Origin: a virus
IMG/VR virus record: IMGVR_UViG_3300044591_002613
Length of the DNA: 64,000 nucleotides
Direction: 5' to 3' (one strand)
Of the stretch, positions 48,097 through 57,011 are shown piece after piece. Position numbers and translations under genes: made by a program. Below the pieces are notes generated by a model. The model was given only the letters and a program-made list of their open reading frames with translations, searched no databases and was not told the origin of the DNA. How positions within the stretch are numbered: position 1 is the first letter of the stretch; every line of letters starts with the position of its first letter.

Positions 48097-48126
48097 TACT
48101 TATCGGAGGCAAGGGATCTAACTTTA
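48097..48126 (-). promoter_or_regulatory. Sigma-28-like promoter
   Basis: TAAAGTTAGA-N9-TCCGATAAGTA. Confidence 0.8.
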
Positions 48127-48492
48127 GGGCCAAAAGTTTTTAATATATCTATCTGCAAAATCATCCGCATCTTTTTCGGCTATTGCTTTATCTTTATCAT
48201 CGACACAATAGATATAATCTAAAAACTTTTTATTATCTGCCTGCCATGCGTGGCGATATTCATGTGCAAGTATCCAAGCAACTTTTTTGATAGAGCGTGG
48301 ATAATAAATCTCTCGGTCAGTTGATGCACAAACGTATATCTTTCTTTGTTTTGCATTGCAGCAACCATCTGTTTCTTTATTGATCCACCGTACAAACTCA
48401 ACCTTCCACCCCTTCTCTTTCAAACGAAGGAGAAGGGGTTTCACCGCTGGATGGTTTCGTATTTCTTGCTTGTACTTTACAGTCCATCTCAT
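48124..48492 (-). CDS. HExxH zinc metallopeptidase-like protein
   Basis: ILAHEYRHAWQ...E.DAD.FA. Confidence 0.65.
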   Translation of the reverse strand: MRWTVKYKQEIRNHPAVKPLLLRLKEKGWKVEFVRWINKETDGCCNAKQRKIYVCASTDREIYYPRSIKKVAWILAHEYRHAWQADNKKFLDYIYCVDDKDKAIAEKDADDFADRYIKNFWP

Positions 48493-48743
48493 TTCTGAAA
48501 TGTCTTTGACAAAAGTTTGATGAACTGGGAAAAGTCAATGTTAGTTGGTTGTTCTACTTGCTGGCCGTTAACTTCATAAACCACTTCGTGCTGAAGGCTT
48601 CGATCATTAACGCGCAATGTAGTTTTGTCTTTGTGCAAACGCTTCACCGTAACTGTTCGCTTTTTTACATTAAACTCAAGGTACTCGTAGCTAAACCCTT
48701 CAACTGCGCGAATCAATTTTCTGAAAACTACTGCTTTCTTCAT
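48489..48743 (-). CDS. Hypothetical protein
   Basis: RBS AAGGAG after promoter. Confidence 0.55.
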   Translation of the reverse strand: MKKAVVFRKLIRAVEGFSYEYLEFNVKKRTVTVKRLHKDKTTLRVNDRSLQHEVVYEVNGQQVEQPTNIDFSQFIKLLSKTFQK

Positions 48744-48772
48744 GCCGTACTCCTTTTTTGTTGGTGGCCATT

Positions 48773-48802
48773 TACTTATCGGAACTTGGAAATCTAACTT
48801 TA
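48773..48802 (-). promoter_or_regulatory. Sigma-28-like promoter
   Basis: TAAAGTTAGA-N9-TCCGATAAGTA. Confidence 0.8.
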
Positions 48803-49282
48803 GTCGTAACCGTAAAAATAATAATCATCCTCGTAAGACGTGTAGCGTGGTTCTGCTGGCGGCTCCTCTTGCTTTACTACCGGCTCTTGTTCTTTTGGGA
48901 AAAAGGCTTCATAAATTGTTGGGCAGGCAGAAACGATAGTCAACAAATCTAAAACATTAGGGCATGGTTGGCCTTTGAGCCAAACAAGGCCACCGTCTTC
49001 GTCTTGACCAACGGCCAGTCGCTTCTTTTGTTTTTTATTAGATTCATACATTTCAGTAAAAAGAGGATTGTCGTTCCAATTATCAATAAAGAAACGTATG
49101 TGTGTAACAAAAGACTGATAATCAGGAATAATTTTGTTTAGGTATTTAGCGGTCTGATAATGCTGACCCCCACCAGCCGCCAGTTGGTCTTTTATGTTAG
49201 CAGAAAGCACTGTCCAAGATTTATCTAATGTTTCCGAAGGCACTCTGATTTTGATGTCGCCTTGAAAGTCAATATATTTCAT
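48800..49282 (-). CDS. Hypothetical protein
   Basis: RBS AGGAG; stop coincides with promoter -35. Confidence 0.55.
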   Translation of the reverse strand: MKYIDFQGDIKIRVPSETLDKSWTVLSANIKDQLAAGGGQHYQTAKYLNKIIPDYQSFVTHIRFFIDNWNDNPLFTEMYESNKKQKKRLAVGQDEDGGLVWLKGQPCPNVLDLLTIVSACPTIYEAFFPKEQEPVVKQEEPPAEPRYTSYEDDYYFYGYD

Positions 49283-49708
49283 TCACGCTCCTAACTGATA
49301 AATCTCGAACTTGTTCTTTTTACAATAAATGACGGGCAAGTCTAGCGTTACATTTCGTTGGTAAGTATGCTTACTCGTTAAGCCTTCAGCAATTAAGTCT
49401 CGCCGCACTGTGATATACACTTTTCCGTTTGTTGATAACAAGGCTTTTATATTATTTAATACTTGTTCTTGTTCGGAAACACTCATCACATTTACCACAA
49501 ACGTACACAGAATGGTATCGAACTTGCCTTCTGGCATTTGAGGTCGCCAATAAGGGTCATAGCCTTCGATGTTCAGCTCTTCGCAATCTTTGCCGTGTCC
49601 ACACCCATAATCAAGAACACGGCCAGTCAATAACTTTTGTTGTCTCAGGAATCGGGCGGGAGCAGATATAGAATTACGTTTAATTGCGGTCTTATGGCTG
49701 TTGTTCAT
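49283..49708 (-). CDS. Class I SAM-dependent methyltransferase
   Basis: VLDYGCGHGKD, YDPY, FDTILCTFV.NV. Confidence 0.75.
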   Translation of the reverse strand: MNNSHKTAIKRNSISAPARFLRQQKLLTGRVLDYGCGHGKDCEELNIEGYDPYWRPQMPEGKFDTILCTFVVNVMSVSEQEQVLNNIKALLSTNGKVYITVRRDLIAEGLTSKHTYQRNVTLDLPVIYCKKNKFEIYQLGA

Positions 49709-50118
49709 ACGCACTCCATAAGTTGCATCATAAACTTTCGACGAGTATCTTCGGAAAAATGTCTTTTTGTAACTTTAAGAGCGCGAACTACTTCTTCCAT
49801 TTTTGTTAAGAAAATTTCGCGGTTTTCTATCAATCGTCCTCTTTGCCCATAACCCCAATACGTCACAATATGATCAGTTTGCTCAAAAATATGTTTCATT
49901 TCAAGAAAAACATCATAACCAATACGCGCACTGCTATGAGTAAATTGCACAAGAGTTTTTTCTTGCCAACCATCTCTGGAGACACTCAGTTCGGCAGAAG
50001 CCGGTATCAACGGATTGCCAGGTTCTAAATATCTGCACTCATTTATTTCTATTCTGTAGACTCGTTTATTGGTTTGCTTGCAGTCTCTTAAGATTTTTAC
50101 TTTGTAACTGCCAATCAT
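49705..50118 (-). CDS. Paralog family A protein
   Basis: G.YK..I.RD..Q.NKR.Y.IEI.EC, RIGY, KR.FSE.TR. Confidence 0.6.
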   Translation of the reverse strand: MIGSYKVKILRDCKQTNKRVYRIEINECRYLEPGNPLIPASAELSVSRDGWQEKTLVQFTHSSARIGYDVFLEMKHIFEQTDHIVTYWGYGQRGRLIENREIFLTKMEEVVRALKVTKRHFSEDTRRKFMMQLMECV

Positions 50119-50137
50119 TTGAGCCTCCGCTTATATT

Positions 50138-50167
50138 TACTTATCGGAAGTTCCAAGTCTAACTTTA
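50138..50167 (-). promoter_or_regulatory. Sigma-28-like promoter
   Basis: TAAAGTTAGA-N9-TCCGATAAGTA. Confidence 0.8.
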
Positions 50168-50545
50168 TATATTTGATGTTAATTGACGCAATAAACTTTC
50201 ACGGGTTTTTTCGGAGAAAAGTCGTTTTTGCACAGGAATTTCCATGATTGCCTGTTTGGTTTTCATAAGTAAGGTTTCATGGTCAAGTAATTCATTTGAA
50301 GTGTCAGGTCGGCCAAAATACCTGATTGCATTTTCAGGAAACTGGTCAACCATTTTATCTAGTAGCTCATAGCCAATTCTACGATTGTTGGTATAAAGTT
50401 TGATGACTGAATTTTCTTTATATTCCATAATGTTCGGAAATATTTCTTTATCTGTAGTAAAACACTCCGCAATTTCAATCAGATACCGTCGTTTGTTTTG
50501 TTGATCATAATCACGAAAAACTGTTAATTTATATCCGCCATTCAT
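50165..50545 (-). CDS. Paralog family A protein
   Basis: Same motifs; start moved downstream of promoter and RBS AGGAGG. Confidence 0.6.
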   Translation of the reverse strand: MNGGYKLTVFRDYDQQNKRRYLIEIAECFTTDKEIFPNIMEYKENSVIKLYTNNRRIGYELLDKMVDQFPENAIRYFGRPDTSNELLDHETLLMKTKQAIMEIPVQKRLFSEKTRESLLRQLTSNI

Positions 50546-50565
50546 CACAGGCTCCTCCTTATACT

Positions 50566-50595
50566 TACTTATCGGAGCTTTGGAATCTAACTTAA
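50566..50595 (-). promoter_or_regulatory. Sigma-28-like promoter
   Basis: TTAAGTTAGA-N9-TCCGATAAGTA. Confidence 0.75.
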
Positions 50596-51035
50596 ATAAA
50601 TTCCGCAACAGACTTAAATAAGTTTTTTGTTTTTCTGGGGGAATAGCAGAGGTCGGATGCAGCTTGGTTCAACGCCCAAATAATATCTTCGGTGGTAATG
50701 TCTTGTAGTTGTTCTTCCGATTCAATTTCAGAATTGTGTATTTCAATTGGTGCTAACTTCTTGTCATATGCTTTTACAAAATAGAAAAAGAACCGTCTAA
50801 GTTCTTTTTTGTTAGAAAATTTTATCTTAAATAAGAGGCTTTCTTTCTTTTGTTGACCGCTTTGAACTAAAAAGTTAAACCCATAGATCCAGTATTCATA
50901 TTTTTCATAGTATGAACCAGCCTGAGATTTAGCGATTTGAGAACGGCTGTATGCCACACACTGATTATAGCTAAAATTGCTCCATCTTCGTTTGCTCCAC
51001 AAATCATTTATATGATCAATCACCTGTTGTGGCAT
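50592..51035 (-). CDS. Hypothetical protein
   Basis: RBS AGGA; stop lies in promoter -35. Confidence 0.55.
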   Translation of the reverse strand: MPQQVIDHINDLWSKRRWSNFSYNQCVAYSRSQIAKSQAGSYYEKYEYWIYGFNFLVQSGQQKKESLLFKIKFSNKKELRRFFFYFVKAYDKKLAPIEIHNSEIESEEQLQDITTEDIIWALNQAASDLCYSPRKTKNLFKSVAEFI

Positions 51036-51044
51036 AACAACATC

Positions 51045-51254
51045 CTAATTCAAAATTGAGTGGGCAGCCAGTTTTCTAACCTTATTAGCTAAATCTTCGC
51101 GGTTGTGGTGTTCTAATAGAACGGCTAGCTGTTCTGCAGATTTAATATCTAAACATGTAAATTCTTCTGATTCAACTAGAGCTACACTTTTTACACTCAA
51201 CTTTACTTCTTGATCATTTTCATCTATCGCAATAACAGTAATCATTTTTTTCAC
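51045..51254 (-). CDS. Hypothetical protein
   Basis: RBS AAGGA; GTG start. Confidence 0.5.
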   Translation of the reverse strand: MKKMITVIAIDENDQEVKLSVKSVALVESEEFTCLDIKSAEQLAVLLEHHNREDLANKVRKLAAHSILN

Positions 51255-51275
51255 TCCTTAGGTGAATTGAGGGGT

Positions 51276-51551
51276 TCAAAAATTCTCATAATTATAATAA
51301 TTATTTTTATTGTTTTTTTCCAGCTCTTCTTGTTCAATTTGATCTTGAACATCAAGAATACGCATTATGATGTTTGAGTTGTGCTCTCGAGAGTCGAGAA
51401 CTTCTTGAATAACAAGGCCGTCGTGGTCTTTTGGGTCAATTTCGGAAGCATGTTCAAGGATTTTAACCAGTAGTTGAGCATCGTTGGCATTATCTTCAAC
51501 GTCAATTTCAAGCGTGACGGGCATTGTAACAGTGACAGTTAGTTTTCTCAT
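51276..51551 (-). CDS. Hypothetical protein
   Basis: RBS AAGGAGG after promoter. Confidence 0.6.
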   Translation of the reverse strand: MRKLTVTVTMPVTLEIDVEDNANDAQLLVKILEHASEIDPKDHDGLVIQEVLDSREHNSNIIMRILDVQDQIEQEELEKNNKNNYYNYENF

Positions 51552-51570
51552 AGCGAATCCTCCTTATATT

Positions 51571-51600
51571 TACTTATCGGAAGTTTGGAATCTAACTTTA
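51571..51600 (-). promoter_or_regulatory. Sigma-28-like promoter
   Basis: TAAAGTTAGATTCCAAACTTCCGATAAGTA. Confidence 0.8.
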
Positions 51601-51602
51601 GC

Positions 51603-52082
51603 TTAAAAGTTGCTCATATAACTGTCAACAGCTTTTTGGCGATTCTTTTTACTAAAAGTTTTTGGTGGTAGAGTGTCAAGAGCATTTTGTAAGACTTGCA
51701 TAAATTCTTCGTCGGATAAAAGCGTTCTGGCATTGATAATAAATTCATGGGGTTTGTCATTAAAATGGTATCCCCATTTTGATAATGTTAAACCGCTTGG
51801 CAGAAATTTTTCTACATTGCTCCAAATTCTTGAGCATGTGGGCCAATTTGCATCAATTGAAAATACAGTTTTTCTTTGCATACCAAAAATCTTAATCAGA
51901 AAGTCAGATGCGCCGTAGTAATAAGCCACGGATGGTTCTGCCTGCTCATACGCTTTCCATTTTTCTTCGACAGATTCTGGGGAAAGATCATCTACAATTT
52001 CTTTGTAGCAAAAAAGAGTATATTTATGGCTCGTGTTTTGGCTTCTGTTACGATTTATTGTTAATTGATAATAACCCTTCAT
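51603..52082 (-). CDS. Paralog family A protein (divergent)
   Basis: G.Y.LTI.R...Q....Y and FS...R..; RBS AAGGAGG after promoter. Confidence 0.55.
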   Translation of the reverse strand: MKGYYQLTINRNRSQNTSHKYTLFCYKEIVDDLSPESVEEKWKAYEQAEPSVAYYYGASDFLIKIFGMQRKTVFSIDANWPTCSRIWSNVEKFLPSGLTLSKWGYHFNDKPHEFIINARTLLSDEEFMQVLQNALDTLPPKTFSKKNRQKAVDSYMSNF

Positions 52083-52103
52083 ATTAAATTTCCTCCTTAT
52101 ATT

Positions 52104-52133
52104 TACTTATCGGAGTTTTAGGTTCTAACTTTA
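52104..52133 (-). promoter_or_regulatory. Sigma-28-like promoter
   Basis: TAAAGTTAGA-N9-TCCGATAAGTA. Confidence 0.8.
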
Positions 52134-52463
52134 TAGTGTTGATGTAATAAAGTTTTCAACTTGTGGATAAATTATTTTATCGGAGAAAAACCCCCATTCG
52201 TATTTATCTTCAGATATATGCTTTAGTTCATGTAGCAGTTCTTCAACGGAAGAGGAATGATAAATAACGTATGCCGTTTTGAATTTGCCGATTGTCCACT
52301 TTAAATCAGCTTTTCCTGGCCACATGTATTCTATATGAGCGTATCCGTCAACGCCCATAATTAGTTGTTTCCCATTCTGCAAAAGAAGTGGGTTTTCGGA
52401 ACGGGCGAGCCAGATCTTTTTTAGCTTTTTACTGTAATTATCTTGTAAAAGATAATAATTCAT
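52131..52463 (-). CDS. Hypothetical protein
   Basis: ATGA overlap; stop coincides with promoter -35. Confidence 0.55.
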   Translation of the reverse strand: MNYYLLQDNYSKKLKKIWLARSENPLLLQNGKQLIMGVDGYAHIEYMWPGKADLKWTIGKFKTAYVIYHSSSVEELLHELKHISEDKYEWGFFSDKIIYPQVENFITSTL

Positions 52464-52666
52464 CGCTTGATCTTGTATGTTAGTTTGTTAGGTTCAATCT
52501 TAACCACTTCGGCAGCGCGGTCAAACCTTTCTAAGTCGCCCTCAATTTCGGATCTAAACAAGCCCGTCAGCAATTCCACTTCATAAATATCGGTGAACTT
52601 AAAATCACTGAGGGTACTTTCAACCAATTTAGCGCGGTTAAAATCAACCATGTTTTTAAGTTTCAT
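52460..52666 (-). CDS. Hypothetical protein
   Basis: Overlapping operon arrangement. Confidence 0.5.
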   Translation of the reverse strand: MKLKNMVDFNRAKLVESTLSDFKFTDIYEVELLTGLFRSEIEGDLERFDRAAEVVKIEPNKLTYKIKR

Positions 52667-52964
52667 CTTTTACAATATCCTCATGCGTATCTTTTATGAA
52701 TGGATCTAAATTCGTATTCATTAGCTTGTCCATAAAACTATTTGCAGCTCTGTACGCCATCTCTCGAACCTCGTCATCGCTGCTGGAATATATTTTTACA
52801 AATTCATCTTTTTCGTATTGTTTGACAAAAGCGTTTGCCATATCTAATACCCACAGTTCTCGAAAAGATGGATATTGTTCAAACGTCTCTCGTACTTCTT
52901 TCACCAAAGATGCGTAAATCGAAATGGTAGAAAATCCTAACTCTGTAAAAAACTTGCGAGCCAT
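52656..52964 (-). CDS. Hypothetical protein
   Basis: Operon context; start uncertain. Confidence 0.5.
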   Translation of the reverse strand: MARKFFTELGFSTISIYASLVKEVRETFEQYPSFRELWVLDMANAFVKQYEKDEFVKIYSSSDDEVREMAYRAANSFMDKLMNTNLDPFIKDTHEDIVKDET

Positions 52965-53065
52965 AAGAATGCAACCACCCAAATCATGATTTTAAATAAA
53001 AAAACGCCTAAGTTAAAAACTAATTCTGGTAATTGATTTTCTTTTTCTTCTTCATTATCTTGCAC
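52937..53065 (-). CDS. Small membrane protein (42 aa, missing from ORF track)
   Basis: RBS GGGAGG then GTG; MQDNEEEKENQLPELVFNLGVFLFKIMIWVVAFLWLASFLQS. Confidence 0.55.
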   Translation of the reverse strand: MQDNEEEKENQLPELVFNLGVFLFKIMIWVVAFLWLASFLQS

Positions 53066-53116
53066 GTTACCTCCCTATGATTGGAGCAGTGCGATTGGCG
53101 GGAAATTGCTCCGATA

Positions 53117-53146
53117 TACTTATCGGAGGTTTTGGTTCTAACTTTA
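53117..53146 (-). promoter_or_regulatory. Sigma-28-like promoter with palindromic -10
   Basis: TAAAGTTAGA-N9-TCCGATAAGTA; CTCCGATA-N4-TATCGGAG at 53109..53128. Confidence 0.8.
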
Positions 53147-53734
53147 ATAAAATTCGCAAAAAACATTAAAAGAAACAGACACTTTATTCCCATCTGTTGA
53201 GGGAGAATAATGTTTTAATGACGAGGGAAATAAAAAAGTTTCTCCTTCTTGTGCATAATTTGTATTATGTAATTTTTCAAAATCTAAACAACCATCGGGA
53301 GAAGAAAACGCAGTCAGATTTTTGCCTTCTAAATTTAGAAGATAAAAACCGCTTATTTTAATTTTTTTAAAGAAAACAGATTCACCGTGGTCATGTAAAT
53401 AAACATGATCTCCAGTGTCATAAACATTCCACCATATTTTATTCAAACCAGCGGTTTTAATTTCTTGGTTTTTGTAAATTTGGTGTTTGCGGAGCAGTTC
53501 ATTTAATGGTTCAAAAATAACATTATCAAAGAAAAATTTATCAAAAACGCTTGGCGGTTTTTCAATGTTTGAATGACATAAATTGGTTTTTCTTCCACCA
53601 AAATAATATTCATCTTTTAATTTATTTTTTTCAAATTCTTCTAATATCTTAGGAAGATATATTTGCTTTACCTCTTCATGCCTGTTCACTTTTGTGTGGA
53701 AGACAAAGGGGGGTGTAAACTCAAATATATCCAT
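53144..53734 (-). CDS. Putative 2OG-Fe(II) oxygenase (TIGR02466-like)
   Basis: WWNVY..GD....HDH, ISG.Y, EG...LFPS.LKH, K.SVSFN. Confidence 0.7.
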   Translation of the reverse strand: MDIFEFTPPFVFHTKVNRHEEVKQIYLPKILEEFEKNKLKDEYYFGGRKTNLCHSNIEKPPSVFDKFFFDNVIFEPLNELLRKHQIYKNQEIKTAGLNKIWWNVYDTGDHVYLHDHGESVFFKKIKISGFYLLNLEGKNLTAFSSPDGCLDFEKLHNTNYAQEGETFLFPSSLKHYSPSTDGNKVSVSFNVFCEFY

Positions 53735-53750
53735 ATTTCCTCTTTTATGT

Positions 53751-54488
53751 TTATTTTGGTGTTAAAATCTGCCGTTGTCCTTGACCACCCCCACCTGCGC
53801 CACCATAAACAAGAGGACAAGCGGCTTTTTTAGTTTCTTGGACAGGAGGTGTTGCGAGCAGTTCTTGAGAACATGTTACAAGAACGATTTTGTCTGCAGT
53901 TTTGTTTTTAATTGCATCTTCGCCAACAATCCACCAATCGTGAGCAATTTTTTCTTGGAGTTCTTTTACAGTTAATCCAAGCCGTTTAGCTATTTGAGCA
54001 TCCATCACATCTACAAGGCGTTTCACAAAGGCAATTTGTGAATCCATGCTTCTTAGCTGACCCCGTGTACCGCCACTTACCTGATGGTGCATCAAGATGG
54101 TGGTTGGAGCAACAAACCTGTCATCGCAAGCGGCCTGAAGAAAGTAAAAGGCCATAGAAGCAGCCGAACCGACCAAGCAAGTGACTCGAAGATTTGAGTT
54201 TGCAGCTTTGGCTGCGCGAACAGTCTCGATTGCTCTAAGGCCGTCCATGACGCTTCCGCCAGGAGAATCAATATAAACAGTGATTTCGTTTGAACTTTGG
54301 CTCAAAAAGTCTCTAATAAACCTAGAAACGCTATCCGTATTAAACTCTTCTGTAAATGTAACAAAAGAATTAGGTTTTAAGACCACAACCTCTGGCTGCT
54401 GTGGAGGTGGTTGTACTTCTGTTTTTGCCGCAGCAATAGCAGAAGCACTTAAAAGACTAAATGCAACAAGTTTCTTAAAAAAGTTCAT
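53751..54488 (-). CDS. ClpP-family serine protease with N-terminal signal peptide
   Basis: YIDSPGGSV, AASMA (catalytic Ser), MHHQ, D.W; MNFFKKLVAFSLLSASAIA signal. Confidence 0.8.
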   Translation of the reverse strand: MNFFKKLVAFSLLSASAIAAAKTEVQPPPQQPEVVVLKPNSFVTFTEEFNTDSVSRFIRDFLSQSSNEITVYIDSPGGSVMDGLRAIETVRAAKAANSNLRVTCLVGSAASMAFYFLQAACDDRFVAPTTILMHHQVSGGTRGQLRSMDSQIAFVKRLVDVMDAQIAKRLGLTVKELQEKIAHDWWIVGEDAIKNKTADKIVLVTCSQELLATPPVQETKKAACPLVYGGAGGGGQGQRQILTPK

Positions 54489-54541
54489 GCAAGATTCTCC
54501 TTATTAAACCAAGTTAACAAGAAGAGGTTACAAAAACAATG

Positions 54542-54775
54542 CTAGAAATTGCCATCTAGCTCATCTTTTGTTAGATAACCACCATTTTTATGCAGATATT
54601 CTAAAAAGTCCCCAAGTCGTTCTGCCTTACGTTGTATTTCTCGACTGGCTAATAGCATTTCTATGCTATCTTTGTAATGCAAGTTATCGGTGGATACAGA
54701 AAGTTCATATATTTTATTGACGATGTTCTGCTTTGTTTCTTTGATTGTTAACTCTATTTGCACACCATCCTCCAA
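54542..54775 (-). CDS. Hypothetical protein
   Basis: Operon context; start uncertain. Confidence 0.45.
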   Translation of the reverse strand: MEDGVQIELTIKETKQNIVNKIYELSVSTDNLHYKDSIEMLLASREIQRKAERLGDFLEYLHKNGGYLTKDELDGNF

Positions 54776-54854
54776 GAAAACTTATTATGAACACATAAAC
54801 AAAAATCAAAACTGTTAAAATCAACGGCTGCCATATAAAAAACATAACCGCACC

Positions 54855-55178
54855 TCAAATACGGCTTGGATCTAAAATCAATATCAGTTTTTCAATTTTT
54901 GCAACTAATTCTTCACAGGAAACTTTAGTCTTTTCAAAATGGGGATAAATTTCATAGTAAAAATTCACTTTGTCGCTATCCGAGATGCTTTTCAGCACCG
55001 AAATATTTTCAGACAACTCTTTCGAAGTATATTTTGCTGTGTTCTCTGGCATGTTTTCTTCGGAATAATAAAATCTAAATAACACTTCTGTATTTTCTGG
55101 AACTTTAATTACAATCTCCGCAGGATTGTTGATAAAAAGCCTACTTGTATTGATAGTAGGATACGTTTCGAGCTTCAT
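54855..55178 (-). CDS. Hypothetical protein
   Basis: RBS GGAGG after promoter. Confidence 0.6.
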   Translation of the reverse strand: MKLETYPTINTSRLFINNPAEIVIKVPENTEVLFRFYYSEENMPENTAKYTSKELSENISVLKSISDSDKVNFYYEIYPHFEKTKVSCEELVAKIEKLILILDPSRI

Positions 55179-55192
55179 GCTGTTCCTCCCAT

Positions 55193-55573
55193 TTACATAT
55201 ACTTATCGGAAGTTTTGGCTCTAACTTTAATACTATTGCAATCAATTTTTAGCGTTATTCCTTCTAAAACATTGAATTTTCCTACAGTGGAAGACAAGCC
55301 TGAATCCCATTTATTATTATCTAAACGCCAACGATAATAATATCTTTTATTTTTATGGTCAATTTTTTCAACGCGAACAAAATGCCTAGACTTCCAAACA
55401 TTAGATGTTGGATCTACTAACATTAGACAATCGCCAATAGCGTACTTGCTTGTCGGTTCTTTGAGTGCGTCTTGAGGAACAATAGGCGCTTCTGTTGGTT
55501 TGTTAGAAACACATGCCGCCAGTAGGCCAAACAACGCTATCTTACTAAATGTATTCAACCCATCCGTCCTCAT
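55193..55573 (-). CDS. Putative lipoprotein
   Basis: Lipobox LAAC; C-terminus reads through the promoter. Confidence 0.55.
   Translation of the reverse strand: MRTDGLNTFSKIALFGLLAACVSNKPTEAPIVPQDALKEPTSKYAIGDCLMLVDPTSNVWKSRHFVRVEKIDHKNKRYYYRWRLDNNKWDSGLSSTVGKFNVLEGITLKIDCNSIKVRAKTSDKYM
55200..55229 (-). promoter_or_regulatory. Sigma-28-like promoter
   Basis: TAAAGTTAGA-N9-TCCGATAAGTA. Confidence 0.8.
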
Positions 55574-55739
55574 AGTTGCGAAATATCTTATTGATTAAAG
55601 TAGTGACTTCGCCTCTTTCCATATTCATGTCATGAATTGTTGACATATCGTAAACATTATCTTCAAGGTAGAAGAGCGCAACTTTAAGAAGGTCAATTTC
55701 TTTTTCGGTCAAAAATTCGAGCACTTCTGAATTTTTCAT
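55545..55739 (-). CDS. Hypothetical protein
   Basis: Operon context. Confidence 0.5.
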   Translation of the reverse strand: MKNSEVLEFLTEKEIDLLKVALFYLEDNVYDMSTIHDMNMERGEVTTLINKIFRNYEDGWVEYI

Positions 55740-55742
55740 AAA

Positions 55743-56132
55743 TCACCAACTTGCTTGATAGTAAATGGCGCGGGTTTCGATTTCTGGGCTTGACCTAATC
55801 CATCGTATAGCTTGCTGCAAAACTTCTATTGAATATGGCCGATCATCAGACGAGCTAACGCCAAAGAAAAACCCTTTTGTATCTGGCAGTGCCTCCATCT
55901 TTACAGCATCCAAAATTGTTTCTAGTGCCTTTTCATTCAGATAAATTTTCTGGCAATTGTCTTCTCCATTGCCGAACTGTTGAACTATAAACCCATGCAG
56001 GTCTGGATGTTTTCTCCAGTAAGCCAATTCAACTTCCATTGAAGTTATCTGATAACCATCTTCACATTTTAGCGGTCTTGTGCTATAATACGCTGGAAAT
56101 TTAAGACCGCGCAAGTACATATCAAGGCCCAT
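55743..56132 (-). CDS. Conserved phage protein (MGLDMYL / YWRK family)
   Basis: MGLDMYL, YWRK...LHG.I, DNC, LP...GFFFG, Y.ASW. Confidence 0.65.
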   Translation of the reverse strand: MGLDMYLRGLKFPAYYSTRPLKCEDGYQITSMEVELAYWRKHPDLHGFIVQQFGNGEDNCQKIYLNEKALETILDAVKMEALPDTKGFFFGVSSSDDRPYSIEVLQQAIRWIRSSPEIETRAIYYQASW

Positions 56133-56144
56133 AAATCACCTCCC

Positions 56145-56606
56145 TTAAAGACTTTGTGCATAATCGTCAATTTGATATTCGTAAAAACTACTTTCTAATT
56201 GAAACTCATCTTCAAACTCTTTCGGTAGCGTTTCAAAACATTCTGGCGTATGTGGGTAGTTATACTCAGTCATATGTCCGTTGTCATATTTGCCTAAAAT
56301 ACAACCACCCGATTCATCCCACAGGGCATAAACGTCAAAGCCTAGTTCGTTCATTTTGAAATAAAATTGAACTGGAGGACTCCATGCAGTCATAAAATAT
56401 AGTTTCATCATGTTATTTTCTTGGATAGCAACAGTGGGTTCGCTAATCTCCCACTTTGTTCCCCAATGATCAAAATGGCTCTGGCCTTCTGGAACTGAAG
56501 CAAACGTACTAAATAAGTTCTCTTGATTACTCGCATCAACTGCTTTTTTGATCATCGACTGATCATAATGCCTGAGTGTTAAAACATTCGTACACCAGTT
56601 TGGCAT
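56145..56606 (-). CDS. DUF1281/YubB ferredoxin-like protein
   Basis: MPNWC.N.L, WGTKW, F.TAWSPP. Confidence 0.7.
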   Translation of the reverse strand: MPNWCTNVLTLRHYDQSMIKKAVDASNQENLFSTFASVPEGQSHFDHWGTKWEISEPTVAIQENNMMKLYFMTAWSPPVQFYFKMNELGFDVYALWDESGGCILGKYDNGHMTEYNYPHTPECFETLPKEFEDEFQLESSFYEYQIDDYAQSL

Positions 56607-56629
56607 TGATGGTTCCTCCCGCTTACATA

Positions 56630-56659
56630 TACTTATCGGAAGTTTGCAATCTAACTTTA
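56630..56659 (-). promoter_or_regulatory. Sigma-28-like promoter
   Basis: TAAAGTTAGATTGCAAACTTCCGATAAGTA. Confidence 0.8.
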
Positions 56660-56660
56660 A

Positions 56661-57011
56661 TTAAATTTTTTCAAGGTCTCTTTGTAGAATATGTTTTCCA
56701 CAAGCTACATATCGCCATTCACTGTCAACTATAGATCCTGGTTGTCCGCATCTTTCGCAAGTTGTTTGGCTTCTTTTACACGCTTCGCTGATCAACTCAT
56801 AGTCTTCGTCGGAGTATAGAGCCGCATATATTCTCATAGAGCCAAACTTTTCTTTTATTTGCCTAAAATAAATATCTTTATTATGAGACAACTGCTCGCA
56901 CAGATCCCATATAATTTCATACCAGCCTTCATTTATTTCAAACGAACACTTTTTCAGTTTCTTTGGGAAGGCTTCCATTAAGTCTTCGTAGGTTATTTTT
57001 TTAGGTTTCAT
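56661..57011 (-). CDS. Conserved phage protein
   Basis: GW..I..L, QIKEKFG..RIY, S...CE.CG.PG. Confidence 0.6.
   Translation of the reverse strand: MKPKKITYEDLMEAFPKKLKKCSFEINEGWYEIIWDLCEQLSHNKDIYFRQIKEKFGSMRIYAALYSDEDYELISEACKRSQTTCERCGQPGSIVDSEWRYVACGKHILQRDLEKI

Noticed and set aside
50546-50608. N-terminal extension of ORF 50165..50608 (similar cases at 29199..30971 and 57001..57687)
   Set aside because: The extension spans or abuts the promoter and RBS; the true starts are downstream.
52177-52186. TTATCGGAG match inside ORF 52131..52463
   Set aside because: No TCTAACTT partner at the right distance, so it is not counted as a promoter copy.
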